From contig JBBPZR010000002.1 of the NCBI GenBank assembly GCA_038276285.1, forward strand, positions 23,454 through 87,453: a stretch of 64,000 nt of DNA, written 5' to 3'. A model generated the notes under the pieces. That model searched no databases and was not told where the DNA came from. It saw only the letters and a program-made list of their open reading frames with translations. Both the position numbers and the translations under genes were made by a program. This document shows, piece after piece, positions 18,077 to 28,014 of the stretch; position 1 is the stretch's first letter, and each line of letters starts with the position of its first letter. This stretch comes from Mycobacteriales bacterium. GTDB lineage: Bacteria > Actinomycetota > Actinomycetes > Mycobacteriales > QHCA01.

Positions 18077-18150
18077 TGCCCCCGGTCGGGCTCGAACCGA
18101 CACTGACATCACTTTTAAGGCGATGGCCTCTGCCATTGGGCTACGGGGGC
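18077..18150 (-). tRNA. class-I tRNA with anticodon UAA (nominally Leu by anticodon; isotype uncertain)
   Basis: The reverse complement reads GCCCCCG-UA-GCCC-AAUGGCAG-AGGC-C-AUCGC-CUUAAAA-GUGAU-GUCAGU-GUCGG-UUCGAGC-CCGAC-CGGGGGC-A. It has a 7-bp acceptor stem, a canonical T-arm, a 5-bp anticodon stem and loop CUUAAAA (U33, UAA, A37). The variable region is only 5-6 nt. Confidence 0.7.
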
Positions 18151-18160
18151 GCCGTCCAGC

Positions 18161-19519
18161 CTACGAGGTCGGCGGCCGCTCGGCCTGCACGGCGACCGGC
18201 ATTGAGACCGGCATTGAGACCGGCGTGGCGGCGCGCTCGAAGGCCGCCCGAGGGGTCTGCAACTCGCCCAGGGAGACGATCTCCCGGCGGAAGAACAGCG
18301 CGAGCGTCCAGTCGAGCACGACCCGGAACTTCCGGTTGAGCGTCGGCACCCGGCTGAGGTGGTAGGTGCGGTGCATGAACCACGCGGGGTAGCCACGCAG
18401 CTTGATGCCGTAGACCTCGGCCACACCCTTGTGCAGGCCCAGGCTGGCCACCGATCCGACGTAACGATGCCGATAGGCCTTGAGCGGGCGGCCGCGCAGG
18501 GTCGCCACCAGGTTGTCACCGAGCCGGCGGGCCTGGCGTACCGCATGCTGAGCGCTCGGCCCGCACAGCTCGCCGGGCTGGGTCAGATCCGGCACGGCGG
18601 CGCAGTCGCCGGCGCTCCACACGGCCTCGACGCCCTGCACCCGCAGTTCGACGCTGCACGGCAGCCGCCCCTTGTCGTCCAGCGGCAGGTCGGTGCTCGC
18701 GAGCACCGGATTGGCACGGACGCCAGCGGTCCACACGATCGTGTCGGCGTCGAACTCCGTACCGTCGTCGAGCACCACGTGATCGTCGACGCAGGACACC
18801 AGCCGGGTGTTGAGCCGCACTTCCAGGCCCCGCTCGGTGAGCCGCCCGGCGGTGTAGGCACTCAGCGAGGTACTGACCTCCGGCAGGATCCGCCCGGTCG
18901 CCTCGACCAGCACCCAGCGCATGTCCTCTGGGGTGATTCCGTCGTAATAGCGGGTGGCGCTGCGGGCCATATCCTCGAGCTCGGCGAACACCTCGATGCC
19001 GGCATAGCCGCCGCCGATCACCACGAAGCTCAGGGCGCGCCGCCGCACCCCTGGGTCCTCGGTGGTGGCCGCGATGTCGAGCCGGCCGAGCACCGCGTTG
19101 CGGAGGTAGATCGCCTCCTCGATCGTCTTGAACCCCACGCCCACGTCGCCCAGCCCCGGGATGGGCAGTGTGCGGACGATGGACCCCGGTGCCATCACGA
19201 CATGGTCGTACGCCAGCTCGCGGGGCGGGCCCTCCATCGGCATCACGGTCACCCGCCGGCGGGTGTGGTCGAGACCGGTGAGGGTTCCGGTGAGCACGGT
19301 GCACTTGCGCAGAACGCGGCGCAACGGCACGACGACGTGGCGCGGTTCGAGGCTGCCGGCCGCGGCCTCGGGCAGGAACGGCTGATAGGTCATGTACGAC
19401 TGGGGGTCGATCAGGGTGATCCTCGCGTGGCCGGCCCGCAGCTTCCGCTGCAGTCGCAGGGCGGTGTACATGCCGACGTATCCGCCGCCCACGATCACGA
19501 TGTGCGGGGATGTGGCCAC
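18161..19519 (-). CDS. ndh: type II NADH dehydrogenase (NDH-2)
   Basis: HIVIVGGGYVGMYTA (FAD Rossmann) and a second GG motif FVVIGGGYAGIE, then WSAGDCAAVPD. The C-terminal tail contains a 12-bp tandem duplication. Confidence 0.9.
   Translation of the reverse strand: MATSPHIVIVGGGYVGMYTALRLQRKLRAGHARITLIDPQSYMTYQPFLPEAAAGSLEPRHVVVPLRRVLRKCTVLTGTLTGLDHTRRRVTVMPMEGPPRELAYDHVVMAPGSIVRTLPIPGLGDVGVGFKTIEEAIYLRNAVLGRLDIAATTEDPGVRRRALSFVVIGGGYAGIEVFAELEDMARSATRYYDGITPEDMRWVLVEATGRILPEVSTSLSAYTAGRLTERGLEVRLNTRLVSCVDDHVVLDDGTEFDADTIVWTAGVRANPVLASTDLPLDDKGRLPCSVELRVQGVEAVWSAGDCAAVPDLTQPGELCGPSAQHAVRQARRLGDNLVATLRGRPLKAYRHRYVGSVASLGLHKGVAEVYGIKLRGYPAWFMHRTYHLSRVPTLNRKFRVVLDWTLALFFRREIVSLGELQTPRAAFERAATPVSMPVSMPVAVQAERPPTS
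18194..18226. repeat. in-frame 12-bp tandem repeat in the ndh 3' end
   Basis: GACCGGCATTGA occurs twice plus a partial copy and encodes PVSMPVSMPV. Confidence 0.85.
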
Positions 19520-19630
19520 GCTTTCCAGCCTATCTACCGACCACCTCGACGGCGCGGGCGAGCACGGTGTCCAGCATGGGCTCGGTGAGGAGTGCTACCT
19601 CGGCGGGATCCCGCGCGACCGGGATGTCGG

Positions 19631-20317
19631 TCAAGCGGTGGTCGCGCGGAACAGGTTGAGCGTGCGCGACCACGCGTCGGTGGCCGCCGTCTCGTCGTAA
19701 ACCTCGGCTCGCTCGTCGTTGAAGAAGGCGTGTGAGGTGCCCGGATAGTCGAACAGATCCACCTCTCCACCGGCCGCCTCGATGGCCTGCTTCGCGATCT
19801 GGACGCCTTCCGGTGCGTTTGGAGCGTCGTGCTCGGCGCTGTGAATCATCGCCCGTTTTCCCTCGTACCTCGACCAGGTCGGGCTCATCCGCTGCCACGG
19901 GATCGCCGGGTAGAAGCCGACGGCGGCAACGATGTCGTCGGACAGCGTGGCCGACCACAAGGCGAGGCTGCCGCCCATGCAGAAGCCCACGCAGCCGATG
20001 CCGCCACCGGTGTGCTCGGGCCGGCCGGCCAGATAGCTCGCCGCGCCCGCGATGTCCTTGCCGGCCTGGTCCATCGCCAGCCCCATCATCAGCTTCTGGG
20101 CCTCGTCGGGCTCCTGGGCCTTGGCACCGTGGTAGAGGTCGGGCGCCAGCGCGAGGAACCCCTCGCCGGCGAACCGGTCAGCCAGCGACGTGACGTGGCC
20201 GACGAGCCCCCACAACTCCTGGATCACGATGACGCCGGGGCCGCCGCCTGATTCGGGTATCGCGAGATAGCCCTCCGCGGTGCCGCCGTTGCTCTGAAAG
20301 GACACCATGTCGCCCAT
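19631..20317 (-). CDS. dienelactone hydrolase family protein
   Basis: GYLAIPESGGGPGVIVIQELWG, the nucleophile elbow GCVGFCMGG, and a C-terminal GTSHAF. Confidence 0.85.
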   Translation of the reverse strand: MGDMVSFQSNGGTAEGYLAIPESGGGPGVIVIQELWGLVGHVTSLADRFAGEGFLALAPDLYHGAKAQEPDEAQKLMMGLAMDQAGKDIAGAASYLAGRPEHTGGGIGCVGFCMGGSLALWSATLSDDIVAAVGFYPAIPWQRMSPTWSRYEGKRAMIHSAEHDAPNAPEGVQIAKQAIEAAGGEVDLFDYPGTSHAFFNDERAEVYDETAATDAWSRTLNLFRATTA

Positions 20318-20442
20318 CGACCACTCCTTAGCCGGCAGGCCCTCTACCCTGCCCCGCCCTACCCGCGGTGATCAAGGACTTCACGTTGCCCAATCACGAC
20401 ATCAGGGTACGAAAGTCGACGCAAACTCCTTGATCACCGGCA

Positions 20443-20522
20443 CGGGGTGGGGTGGGGTGGGGTGGGGTGGGGTGGGTCATCGGCACGGGGTGGGGTGGGT
20501 CATCGGCACGGGGTGGGGTGGG
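20443..20522. repeat. G-rich tandem repeats: (GGGGT)n tract plus a 23-bp unit in about 3 copies
   Basis: CACGGGGTGGGGTGGGGTGGGGTGGGGTGGG is followed by two copies of TCATCGGCACGGGGTGGGGTGGG. The array ends exactly at the stop codon (20523-25) of the minus-strand gene. Confidence 0.9.
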
Positions 20523-21536
20523 TCAGCGGTGTCCGGGGGATGGCGACGGCGCACCGGAGGGGGTCGAGCTGGCGGCGGCCGACGGGGCCGGCGAAGGTGT
20601 CGCCGAGGGTGCGAGATGCGGCGCGGTGAACGGCCCCGGCGGCGCCACACCGGTCACCGGCTCGCGGGGGAACACGTTGTCCACCGGCCGGCCGTCGGCG
20701 TCGTAACGCTGCCGGATCTGCTGGCCCCCGAACCGGTCGGACTGGTCGGACTGGTCGACCACGGACAGCGCCCGACCGTCCTGGTCGAACAACTGGACGT
20801 TGGTGAGCGGCCGCCCCTGGGAGTCATAGACGAAGATGTTCGTCACCGGGGAGCCGTCGACGGACAGCCCGGACGGCACCGGTTGGTAGCCCTGGTTGTT
20901 GAAGACGCGATTGTGGGCGTCCTCGGTGATCCGCGAGACCGCGATGACGTAGACCACGATCAGCAGCAAGTTGGCGACCACGAACCACGCCTTGGCCTTG
21001 GGCCGGCGCAGCGCGTACCTTCCCAGCCGCACAGAAGCCCAGACGGCAAGGAGCGTGACCAGCAACCCGAACAGGTAGTTGCCGGCAAACCGCGGCAGCA
21101 GGCCCGGCGTACCGCCGCCGCTGGACGACGCGGCGAGCACCCAGCCAAGGAGATAGCCGCGCAGCACCCACCAGCCAGGCCGCAGGTCGGGCAGGAAGGC
21201 TCGCAGCGCTCCGTATCGAGAGCTCCGGGTGATGCCGTCGATCGAGCGCCCGAGTGTGGAGCCGGCGAGCGCCGCGCTGAGCCGGGCCGAGAACGATCGC
21301 CGAGCAGGGTCGGCGCCCACGGGCAGGCCGGCCGACGTCCGCAACTCGGCGGCGTAGTCCGCCGGCGGCCCGAGCCGGCCCTCCAGCGAGCCGCTTTGCT
21401 CGGCGGCGACCTCGGCCAGATGCGGTTCCACGTCCTCCATCAGGTCGTCACGGTCCTCGGCCGAGAGATCCGCGAGGGCGGCCCGCACCGCCTCGGTGTA
21501 GCGGGTGATCTCCGGTGTCGTCGTCGGAGCGGTCAC
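20523..21536 (-). CDS. PadR-associated membrane protein (DUF1700/HAAS-like N-domain, TM region, Pro/Ser/Ala-rich tail)
   Basis: Trimmed to GTG 21536 (GTGA overlap with the padR stop). The N-terminus ITRYTEAVRAALADLSAEDRDDLMEDVEPHLAEV is typical of the sensor partner of PadR regulators. It has 3-4 TM segments. Confidence 0.6.
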   Translation of the reverse strand: MTAPTTTPEITRYTEAVRAALADLSAEDRDDLMEDVEPHLAEVAAEQSGSLEGRLGPPADYAAELRTSAGLPVGADPARRSFSARLSAALAGSTLGRSIDGITRSSRYGALRAFLPDLRPGWWVLRGYLLGWVLAASSSGGGTPGLLPRFAGNYLFGLLVTLLAVWASVRLGRYALRRPKAKAWFVVANLLLIVVYVIAVSRITEDAHNRVFNNQGYQPVPSGLSVDGSPVTNIFVYDSQGRPLTNVQLFDQDGRALSVVDQSDQSDRFGGQQIRQRYDADGRPVDNVFPREPVTGVAPPGPFTAPHLAPSATPSPAPSAAASSTPSGAPSPSPGHR

Positions 21537-21877
21537 TTCACGGCCTCCCGGTCGAGGTGGAGCAGGTGGTCCATCGTCTGTTCGAACGACATCCAGGTCT
21601 TCGACTGGTCGGCCAGGGCCGCCCGGCCCGCGGCATTGAGCGCGTAGTACTTGCGATGCGGCCCCTCCTCGGAGGGCACGACGTATGAGCTGAGATGGCC
21701 GCCGGTGAACAGCCGGCGCAGCGTGCCGTAGACCGATGCGTCGCCGACATCGTCGAGCCCCTCGGCGCGCAGCCGGCGTACCACGTCGTAGCCGTAGCCG
21801 TCCTCGCCGGCCAGCACGGCCAGCACCGCGAGATCGAGCACACCCTTGAGCAGCTGAGTCGTATCCACCCTGCCCAC
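21533..21877 (-). CDS. PadR-family transcriptional regulator
   Basis: LLKGVLDLAVLAVLAGEDGYGYDVVRRLR...SVYGTLRRL...GPHRKYYALNAAG is the canonical PadR winged helix. Confidence 0.9.
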   Translation of the reverse strand: MGRVDTTQLLKGVLDLAVLAVLAGEDGYGYDVVRRLRAEGLDDVGDASVYGTLRRLFTGGHLSSYVVPSEEGPHRKYYALNAAGRAALADQSKTWMSFEQTMDHLLHLDREAVK

Positions 21878-21905
21878 CTCCTCTCCCTCTCATGTGGAGA
21901 GCACA

Positions 21906-21926
21906 CTACTACGGTGTACGCAGTAG
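21906..21926. promoter_or_regulatory. imperfect inverted repeat upstream of padR (candidate autoregulatory operator)
   Basis: CTACTACG-gtgta-CGCAGTAG (7 of 8 positions complementary), 29-49 nt upstream of the padR start. Confidence 0.25.
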
Positions 21927-21961
21927 CGGAAGGGGCGACGCGCCGGCGAATCAGCGCCGAG

Positions 21962-22909
21962 TCAGCCGACGGAGTGGGCGATTCCGTCGAGGATGTCGTG
22001 CTCACTGACCAGCACGGAGTCGGCGTGCACGGCTTCCATCACCGTACGAAGGATCAGCGCGCCGGCGCCGATCACGTCCACCCGGCCCGGATGCATCACC
22101 GGCAGGGCGGCCCGCTCCCGCCGGGTTGCGCGCAGCAGCATGCCGGTCACCGTCGCCACGTCAGCGAAGCCGATCCGGGCATGGTGGATCCGGTCGGGGC
22201 AGTACTCCGGGAGCCCGAGCGCGAGCGCTCCGACCGTGGTGACCGAGCCGGCCAGCCCGACGAGGGTGCCGGCCTGGGCCAAGGGGACGGTGCGGCCGGC
22301 CCGCGCAATCGCGGACCGGATGTCGGCAATCGCCGCCGCGATCTGCGCCGGCGTCGGCGGGTCGTCGCGCAGGTGCCGCTCGGTCAGCCGGACGCAGCCG
22401 ATGTCCACCGACGCCGCGGAGTCCACTGTGGACGATCCGAGCACGAGTTCGGTCGACCCGCCGCCGATGTCCACGACGAGGTACGGCGTGGCCACACCGG
22501 AAAGCTCGCGGGTCGCGCCGACAAAAGACAGCCGGGCCTCTTCATCACCGGTGATGACCTCCGGCTCGATGCCCAGGGTCCGCACGACCATGGCCCGGAA
22601 GTCCTCCCGGTTGCTGACGTCGCGGCTGGCCGAGGTGGCCACCATCCGCACCCGCTCGGCGCCAAGGTCGCGCACCTCGCCGGTGTACGCCGCGAGCACG
22701 ACCCGGGTGCGCTCGATCGCCACGGGTGAGAACTCCCCCGTCCGGTCCACACCCTCCCCCAGCCGGACGATCTCCATCCGGCGTACCACTTCGGTCAGCC
22801 CGGCCGGCGTCACGTCCGCGACGAGCAGCCGGATCGAGTTGGTGCCGCAGTCGATCGCGGCGACCCGCGTCACGCCCGCGTCACGCCGGCGGCTCGACGC
22901 ACGGGCCAC
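21962..22909 (-). CDS. ppx: Ppx/GppA-family exopolyphosphatase
   Basis: VAAIDCGTNSIRLLVADV, VVDIGGGSTELV and conserved eno-ftsB-DUF501-ppx synteny. The start may lie a few codons downstream. Confidence 0.85.
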   Translation of the reverse strand: MARASSRRRDAGVTRVAAIDCGTNSIRLLVADVTPAGLTEVVRRMEIVRLGEGVDRTGEFSPVAIERTRVVLAAYTGEVRDLGAERVRMVATSASRDVSNREDFRAMVVRTLGIEPEVITGDEEARLSFVGATRELSGVATPYLVVDIGGGSTELVLGSSTVDSAASVDIGCVRLTERHLRDDPPTPAQIAAAIADIRSAIARAGRTVPLAQAGTLVGLAGSVTTVGALALGLPEYCPDRIHHARIGFADVATVTGMLLRATRRERAALPVMHPGRVDVIGAGALILRTVMEAVHADSVLVSEHDILDGIAHSVG

Positions 22910-23366
22910 CGACCCACCACCGCCCCACCGCCGCTAGCACCTCGTCACCCAGCGTATTGACGCCCGGGCCCGCGGCCAGCGCGTGGGCGGCGAGCGCATG
23001 CAGGCACTTGACGCGCCCGGGCATGCCACCGGCGGAGATGTCCGCGATCTCGGGCACCGCGCCGAGCCGGCTCCGCCGCCTCAGGTAGTCCTCGTGTGCG
23101 CGGCGGTAGGCGGCCGCCAGTGCCGGCTCGGCCGTCAGTCGGGCGCTCATCGTGCGCATCAGCCCGGCTGCCTCCAGACTCGACACGGCTCCGGCCGCCC
23201 TGGGGCAAGTCAGGTAGTACGTGGTCGGGAACGGCGTGCCGTCGTCGAGGCGCGGTGCCGTCTCGACTACGTCGGGCAGCCCGCACGGGCAGCGATGCCC
23301 GACTGTGGGCCGGCCTCGCGGCGGGCGGCCGAGCTGCGCCGTGACGGCCTCGAGGTCGCCGGTCAC
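22881..23366 (-). CDS. DUF501 domain-containing protein
   Basis: VGHRCPCGLPDVVETAPRLDDGTPFPTTYYLTCP...VKCLHA is the typical DUF501 Cys pattern, in the conserved position. Confidence 0.8.
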   Translation of the reverse strand: MTGDLEAVTAQLGRPPRGRPTVGHRCPCGLPDVVETAPRLDDGTPFPTTYYLTCPRAAGAVSSLEAAGLMRTMSARLTAEPALAAAYRRAHEDYLRRRSRLGAVPEIADISAGGMPGRVKCLHALAAHALAAGPGVNTLGDEVLAAVGRWWVGGPCVEPPA

Positions 23367-23376
23367 GGTCGCCCCG

Positions 23377-23958
23377 TCAATGTGCCGAGTCGGCGACCCG
23401 CACGGTGCCCCAGAGCTGCGAGTACCACGGTGACCGCGCCGTCGAGCCGGTCGGCACCACGGTCACCGAGGTCGCCCCCGGCTTGGCGGCCGGCTTGCGG
23501 CCCGGATCGATGACGACGTAGCCGACCTCGCCGGGCATGACGTACTGCAGGCGCTGGCGGGCCTGTGCCTTGACGAACGCCGGATCGTCCCACTGCTGGC
23601 GGCGGTTCTCCAGGGCGGAGACCCGAGCGCGCTGGTCGGTCTGCTGGTGCCCGAGGTGCGAGATCTGGTTGCGCTGGGCGAGGTACTCGCGCATCGGGTA
23701 CGCGAGGGTGAGCACGACGGCGCACACCGCGAGGCCGAGCACGGCGGCCCGGCTGGTGAGCCGCCTCGACCGGCGCTTTGCCCCGGTGCCCTCGGCGGCC
23801 GGTGCCGCCCCGAGCCGGCGCACCCCGGCGGGAGCCGGCCGGCGGCGCTGCGGGGCCGGCCGGGTGGCTCCCCGGCGGGTAGCCCCCGGTCGCTGGGACC
23901 GGGGCTGGCGGAGCCCCGGCTGGCGGCTCAGAGCGCGACGTGGGGAAGGCAGCCGCAC
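23377..23958 (-). CDS. ftsB: septum formation initiator (FtsB/DivIC family)
   Basis: An Arg/Pro-rich N-terminus, one TM segment (AAVLGLAVCAVVLTLAY), then the coiled coil MREYLAQRNQISHLGHQQTDQRARVSALENRRQQWDDPAFV. It lies directly downstream of eno. Confidence 0.8.
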   Translation of the reverse strand: MRLPSPRRALSRQPGLRQPRSQRPGATRRGATRPAPQRRRPAPAGVRRLGAAPAAEGTGAKRRSRRLTSRAAVLGLAVCAVVLTLAYPMREYLAQRNQISHLGHQQTDQRARVSALENRRQQWDDPAFVKAQARQRLQYVMPGEVGYVVIDPGRKPAAKPGATSVTVVPTGSTARSPWYSQLWGTVRVADSAH

Positions 23959-23961
23959 CGG

Positions 23962-25290
<1,329 letters not shown>

Positions 25291-25439
25291 CTAGTCGGGG
25301 GTACCGCCCACATCCGGACACCTCGCCGTGGTCGAGCCAAGCGTTGCCTGCGGCATGAGTCACGCCGCCGGGTTTACCCGGGGATCACGTCCCTATTCTC
25401 CACCCGGAAACAGCCACAAGTACGGGTAAACCGAGCGAG

Positions 25440-27041
25440 CTAACCGGCCAGCAGCCGGCGGACGTGCCGGGGTGCGATGGAGCCGTGCGACAGCATCGCG
25501 TCGTGCCAGTCGTGCAGCGACGTACCCTCCGGCCGCGACCGGCCGAGCTGCGCCACCTCGGTGTATCCGACGAAGTACGTCGAGAGTTGCGTCGAGGTGA
25601 GCAGCGCCCGGCGCCACTTGCCGCTGGCTTCGCCCTCCTCCTGAAAGCCGCGCTCCGTCATCAGCGCCATGCCCTCGGTCTCAGTCATCGACTCGCAGTG
25701 CACCATCTGGTCGAGGATCGCGTTGATGATCATGCGGAGTTGCATCTTGAGCTGCTGCATCCGTACCGGAAGGGCCCCGAAGCCGTGCTCGACCATCACC
25801 TCCTCGGAGTAGACCGCCCAACCTTCGATGAACGAACCGCTCTGGCAGACGGCACGCACCCGCGTGTTTCCGCGGTAGCGCCGGGCGTGGGCGAGTTGCA
25901 GGAAGTGGCCGGGCATCGCCTCGTGCGCGGTGAGGTTGGCGAGCATGTGGTTGTTGTACTCGCGGTAGAACGACTCGACCCGCTCCGCCGGCCAGTCGGC
26001 CGGGGTCGGCGAGATGGCAAAGAACGTGGGTGCCACCCGCGTCTCGAGCGGGCCCGGCGCGTCACAGTAGGCCACCGCCACGCCGCGGGCGTGCTCGGGC
26101 ATCGTCATGATCTCAAGCGGATCGTCCAGAACGGTCACGAGCTGGTGCCGCTGGACGAAGTCGGAGGCGTCGGCGAGCGCGTGTTGCGCGCCGAACACGA
26201 TCGTGTCGTCGTCGGGGTGATCGCGAGCCAGCTGTGCCAGCGCGGCGGGCACGTCGGCCGTGCCCGTCAGCTCGACCGCCGCTTCGGTGATCTCCGCTGT
26301 CAGCCGATCCAGACCGCTCCGGGCGCGGGTGAGCACATCAGCGGGGGCGAGATCGCTGTCCAAGGCGTGCCGGAGCTGGGCATTCCACAGCGGGCGGCCC
26401 AGCCGCGGGTCGCGGTGCGCCCGTGGCAGCAGGGCGGTCAAGAAGTCGCGATGCCGTGCCAGTGCGACAAGCGCCGCGTCACGGGCCGGCTCGACGGCGC
26501 CGCGTAAGCCCGGCGCCCGGTTGAGGAGCTGGGGTACCTCGTCGCGTACGAGCGCGGTCGTCCCCTCGAGCCGGGTCAGGGCGGTCTCGACGTGCACCCG
26601 TGGGCAATCGCGGAGCACCCGTGCCGCGGTGGCCAGCGCCTCCGGCATGGCCGCCAGCCGGCCGGCGAGCGACGTGAGGCGCTCGTCTGGCTCTCCGATC
26701 TCGCGCGCCAGCAGGCCGTAGATCAGGTCGCCGGGGTTGTGCAGCAGCGGGTTCCAGGTGCGCTCTTCAAGCTCGGTGAGCACAAAGCGGCGCGCCGCGA
26801 TGCCGGTGGTGAGCAGTTGGCGGTCGACCTCGTCGTCGGCCCCGAGCCCGTCGGAATTGATCTCCGCCAGCTCCTTGGCCCGGCGGGCCAGGAGGTCGGC
26901 CTCGCGGCGTACGGCGTCGTCGGAGAGGTCGGGCAGCCGGTCGTCGGATCTGTGGTCACCGGACCAGTAGGCAAGGGTGGGCGAAGCGGCGAGCAGGTCG
27001 TCGACCACCTGCTCGGCGAGTTGCACGAAGTCTTGCGGCAC
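25440..27041 (-). CDS. DUF885 domain-containing protein
   Basis: 533 aa, with a C-terminal HEAMPGHFLQ (HExxH-like) motif and an overall helical repeat layout typical of DUF885. Confidence 0.75.
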   Translation of the reverse strand: MPQDFVQLAEQVVDDLLAASPTLAYWSGDHRSDDRLPDLSDDAVRREADLLARRAKELAEINSDGLGADDEVDRQLLTTGIAARRFVLTELEERTWNPLLHNPGDLIYGLLAREIGEPDERLTSLAGRLAAMPEALATAARVLRDCPRVHVETALTRLEGTTALVRDEVPQLLNRAPGLRGAVEPARDAALVALARHRDFLTALLPRAHRDPRLGRPLWNAQLRHALDSDLAPADVLTRARSGLDRLTAEITEAAVELTGTADVPAALAQLARDHPDDDTIVFGAQHALADASDFVQRHQLVTVLDDPLEIMTMPEHARGVAVAYCDAPGPLETRVAPTFFAISPTPADWPAERVESFYREYNNHMLANLTAHEAMPGHFLQLAHARRYRGNTRVRAVCQSGSFIEGWAVYSEEVMVEHGFGALPVRMQQLKMQLRMIINAILDQMVHCESMTETEGMALMTERGFQEEGEASGKWRRALLTSTQLSTYFVGYTEVAQLGRSRPEGTSLHDWHDAMLSHGSIAPRHVRRLLAG

Positions 27042-27051
27042 GACACCTTCC

Positions 27052-28014
27052 CTATTCGCGCTCGGCGGCCAGGATGCGATCGCGCAGGTCGCGCGCCACC
27101 CGGCGAAGCTCGACCTCGGGATCCCGGCCCGTACGCAGCGCTTCGGCGACCAGCGCCAGTAGCCGCTGACCGAGATCAGCGCCGTCGGCTGAGCCCTCGA
27201 CCGCGATCCGCGCCTTCTCCGCCCGTCGAAGCAGCATCGCCGCCAGCGTGAGCGCCGGCTGGCTGAGCGGCACGCCGTCGGTCACCGAGGTGCGCGACTT
27301 CTCCGCCGCCTTGATCGCATCCCAGTTGGCGAGCACCTCCGCCGCCCCACTCACCGTGGTCTCGGCGAACACGTGCGGGTGCCGGCGTACCAACTTGTCC
27401 ACCAGGTCTCCAGCCACGTCGTCGACGCTCCAGCGCGCGTCCTCGTCCTGCTCCTCTGCTAGCCGGGAGTGGAACAACACCTGCAGCAGGACATCGCCCA
27501 GCTCCTCGCGCAGCGCGTCGAGGTCGTCGTCCTCCAGCGCGCCGTAAGCCTCGTAGGCCTCCTCCAGCAGGTACGGCATCAGCGACTCGTGGGTCTGCTC
27601 CGCGTCCCACGGGCAGCCGCCCGGCGAGCGCAGCCGGTCCATCACCGCCACCGCGTCGAGCAGCCGGGCACCCGGCGGGTCCCACGATCCGTACACCACC
27701 TCCAGCTCAGCGGCGAGCTCGCTGCGGGCGACGAGATCGCCGAGCCCTCGCGCAAACTGCGGGTCGCCGTCGGGGCCGGCCAGCCAGACCGCGATGCCGT
27801 CACGACCAGCCTCGGCCCGGAAGGCCTCGACCTGCTGCGCGGTCGTACCGGGAAGCACGCGCACGTCGATACCACTGGCCCGGACGGCACTCACCTGCGC
27901 CCATTCGGTGCCCGCGAACACCGGCCCGGCCCGCAACGCGGTCCAGCCGTGCCAGGACAGCAGCCCGGCCGGCAGGCGCGGGGAGGTGGCCAGCAGCAGC
28001 AGCCGGTCGGTCAC
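27052..28014 (-). CDS. mazG: nucleoside triphosphate pyrophosphohydrolase MazG
   Basis: CPWDAEQTHESLMPYLLEEAYE, ELGDVLLQVLFH and RRHPHVF are the MazG EExxE/D repeats. Confidence 0.85.
   Translation of the reverse strand: MTDRLLLLATSPRLPAGLLSWHGWTALRAGPVFAGTEWAQVSAVRASGIDVRVLPGTTAQQVEAFRAEAGRDGIAVWLAGPDGDPQFARGLGDLVARSELAAELEVVYGSWDPPGARLLDAVAVMDRLRSPGGCPWDAEQTHESLMPYLLEEAYEAYGALEDDDLDALREELGDVLLQVLFHSRLAEEQDEDARWSVDDVAGDLVDKLVRRHPHVFAETTVSGAAEVLANWDAIKAAEKSRTSVTDGVPLSQPALTLAAMLLRRAEKARIAVEGSADGADLGQRLLALVAEALRTGRDPEVELRRVARDLRDRILAAERE

Noticed and set aside
19530-19630. Coding-looking stretch (…DIPVARDPAEVALLTEPMLDTVLARAVEVVGR) between the dienelactone hydrolase gene and ndh
   Set aside because: Only about 35 plausible codons at the end of an otherwise junk ORF (19530..19958) that overlaps the DLH gene on the same strand in another frame. 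There is no start context or motif. It may be a decayed fragment, but this cannot be supported.
20443-20522. Possible CRISPR array, considered because of regularly repeated 23-bp units
   Set aside because: The units are contiguous with no unique spacers. There are only about 3 copies, they are G-tract dominated, and no cas genes are nearby. It is a simple tandem repeat.
25369-25432. 10-bp inverted repeat GGTTTACCCG ... CGGGTAAACC between the DUF885 gene and eno
   Set aside because: The ~42-nt loop and lack of a U-tract make it a poor terminator. The match is short for GC-rich DNA, and I cannot support a function from sequence alone.
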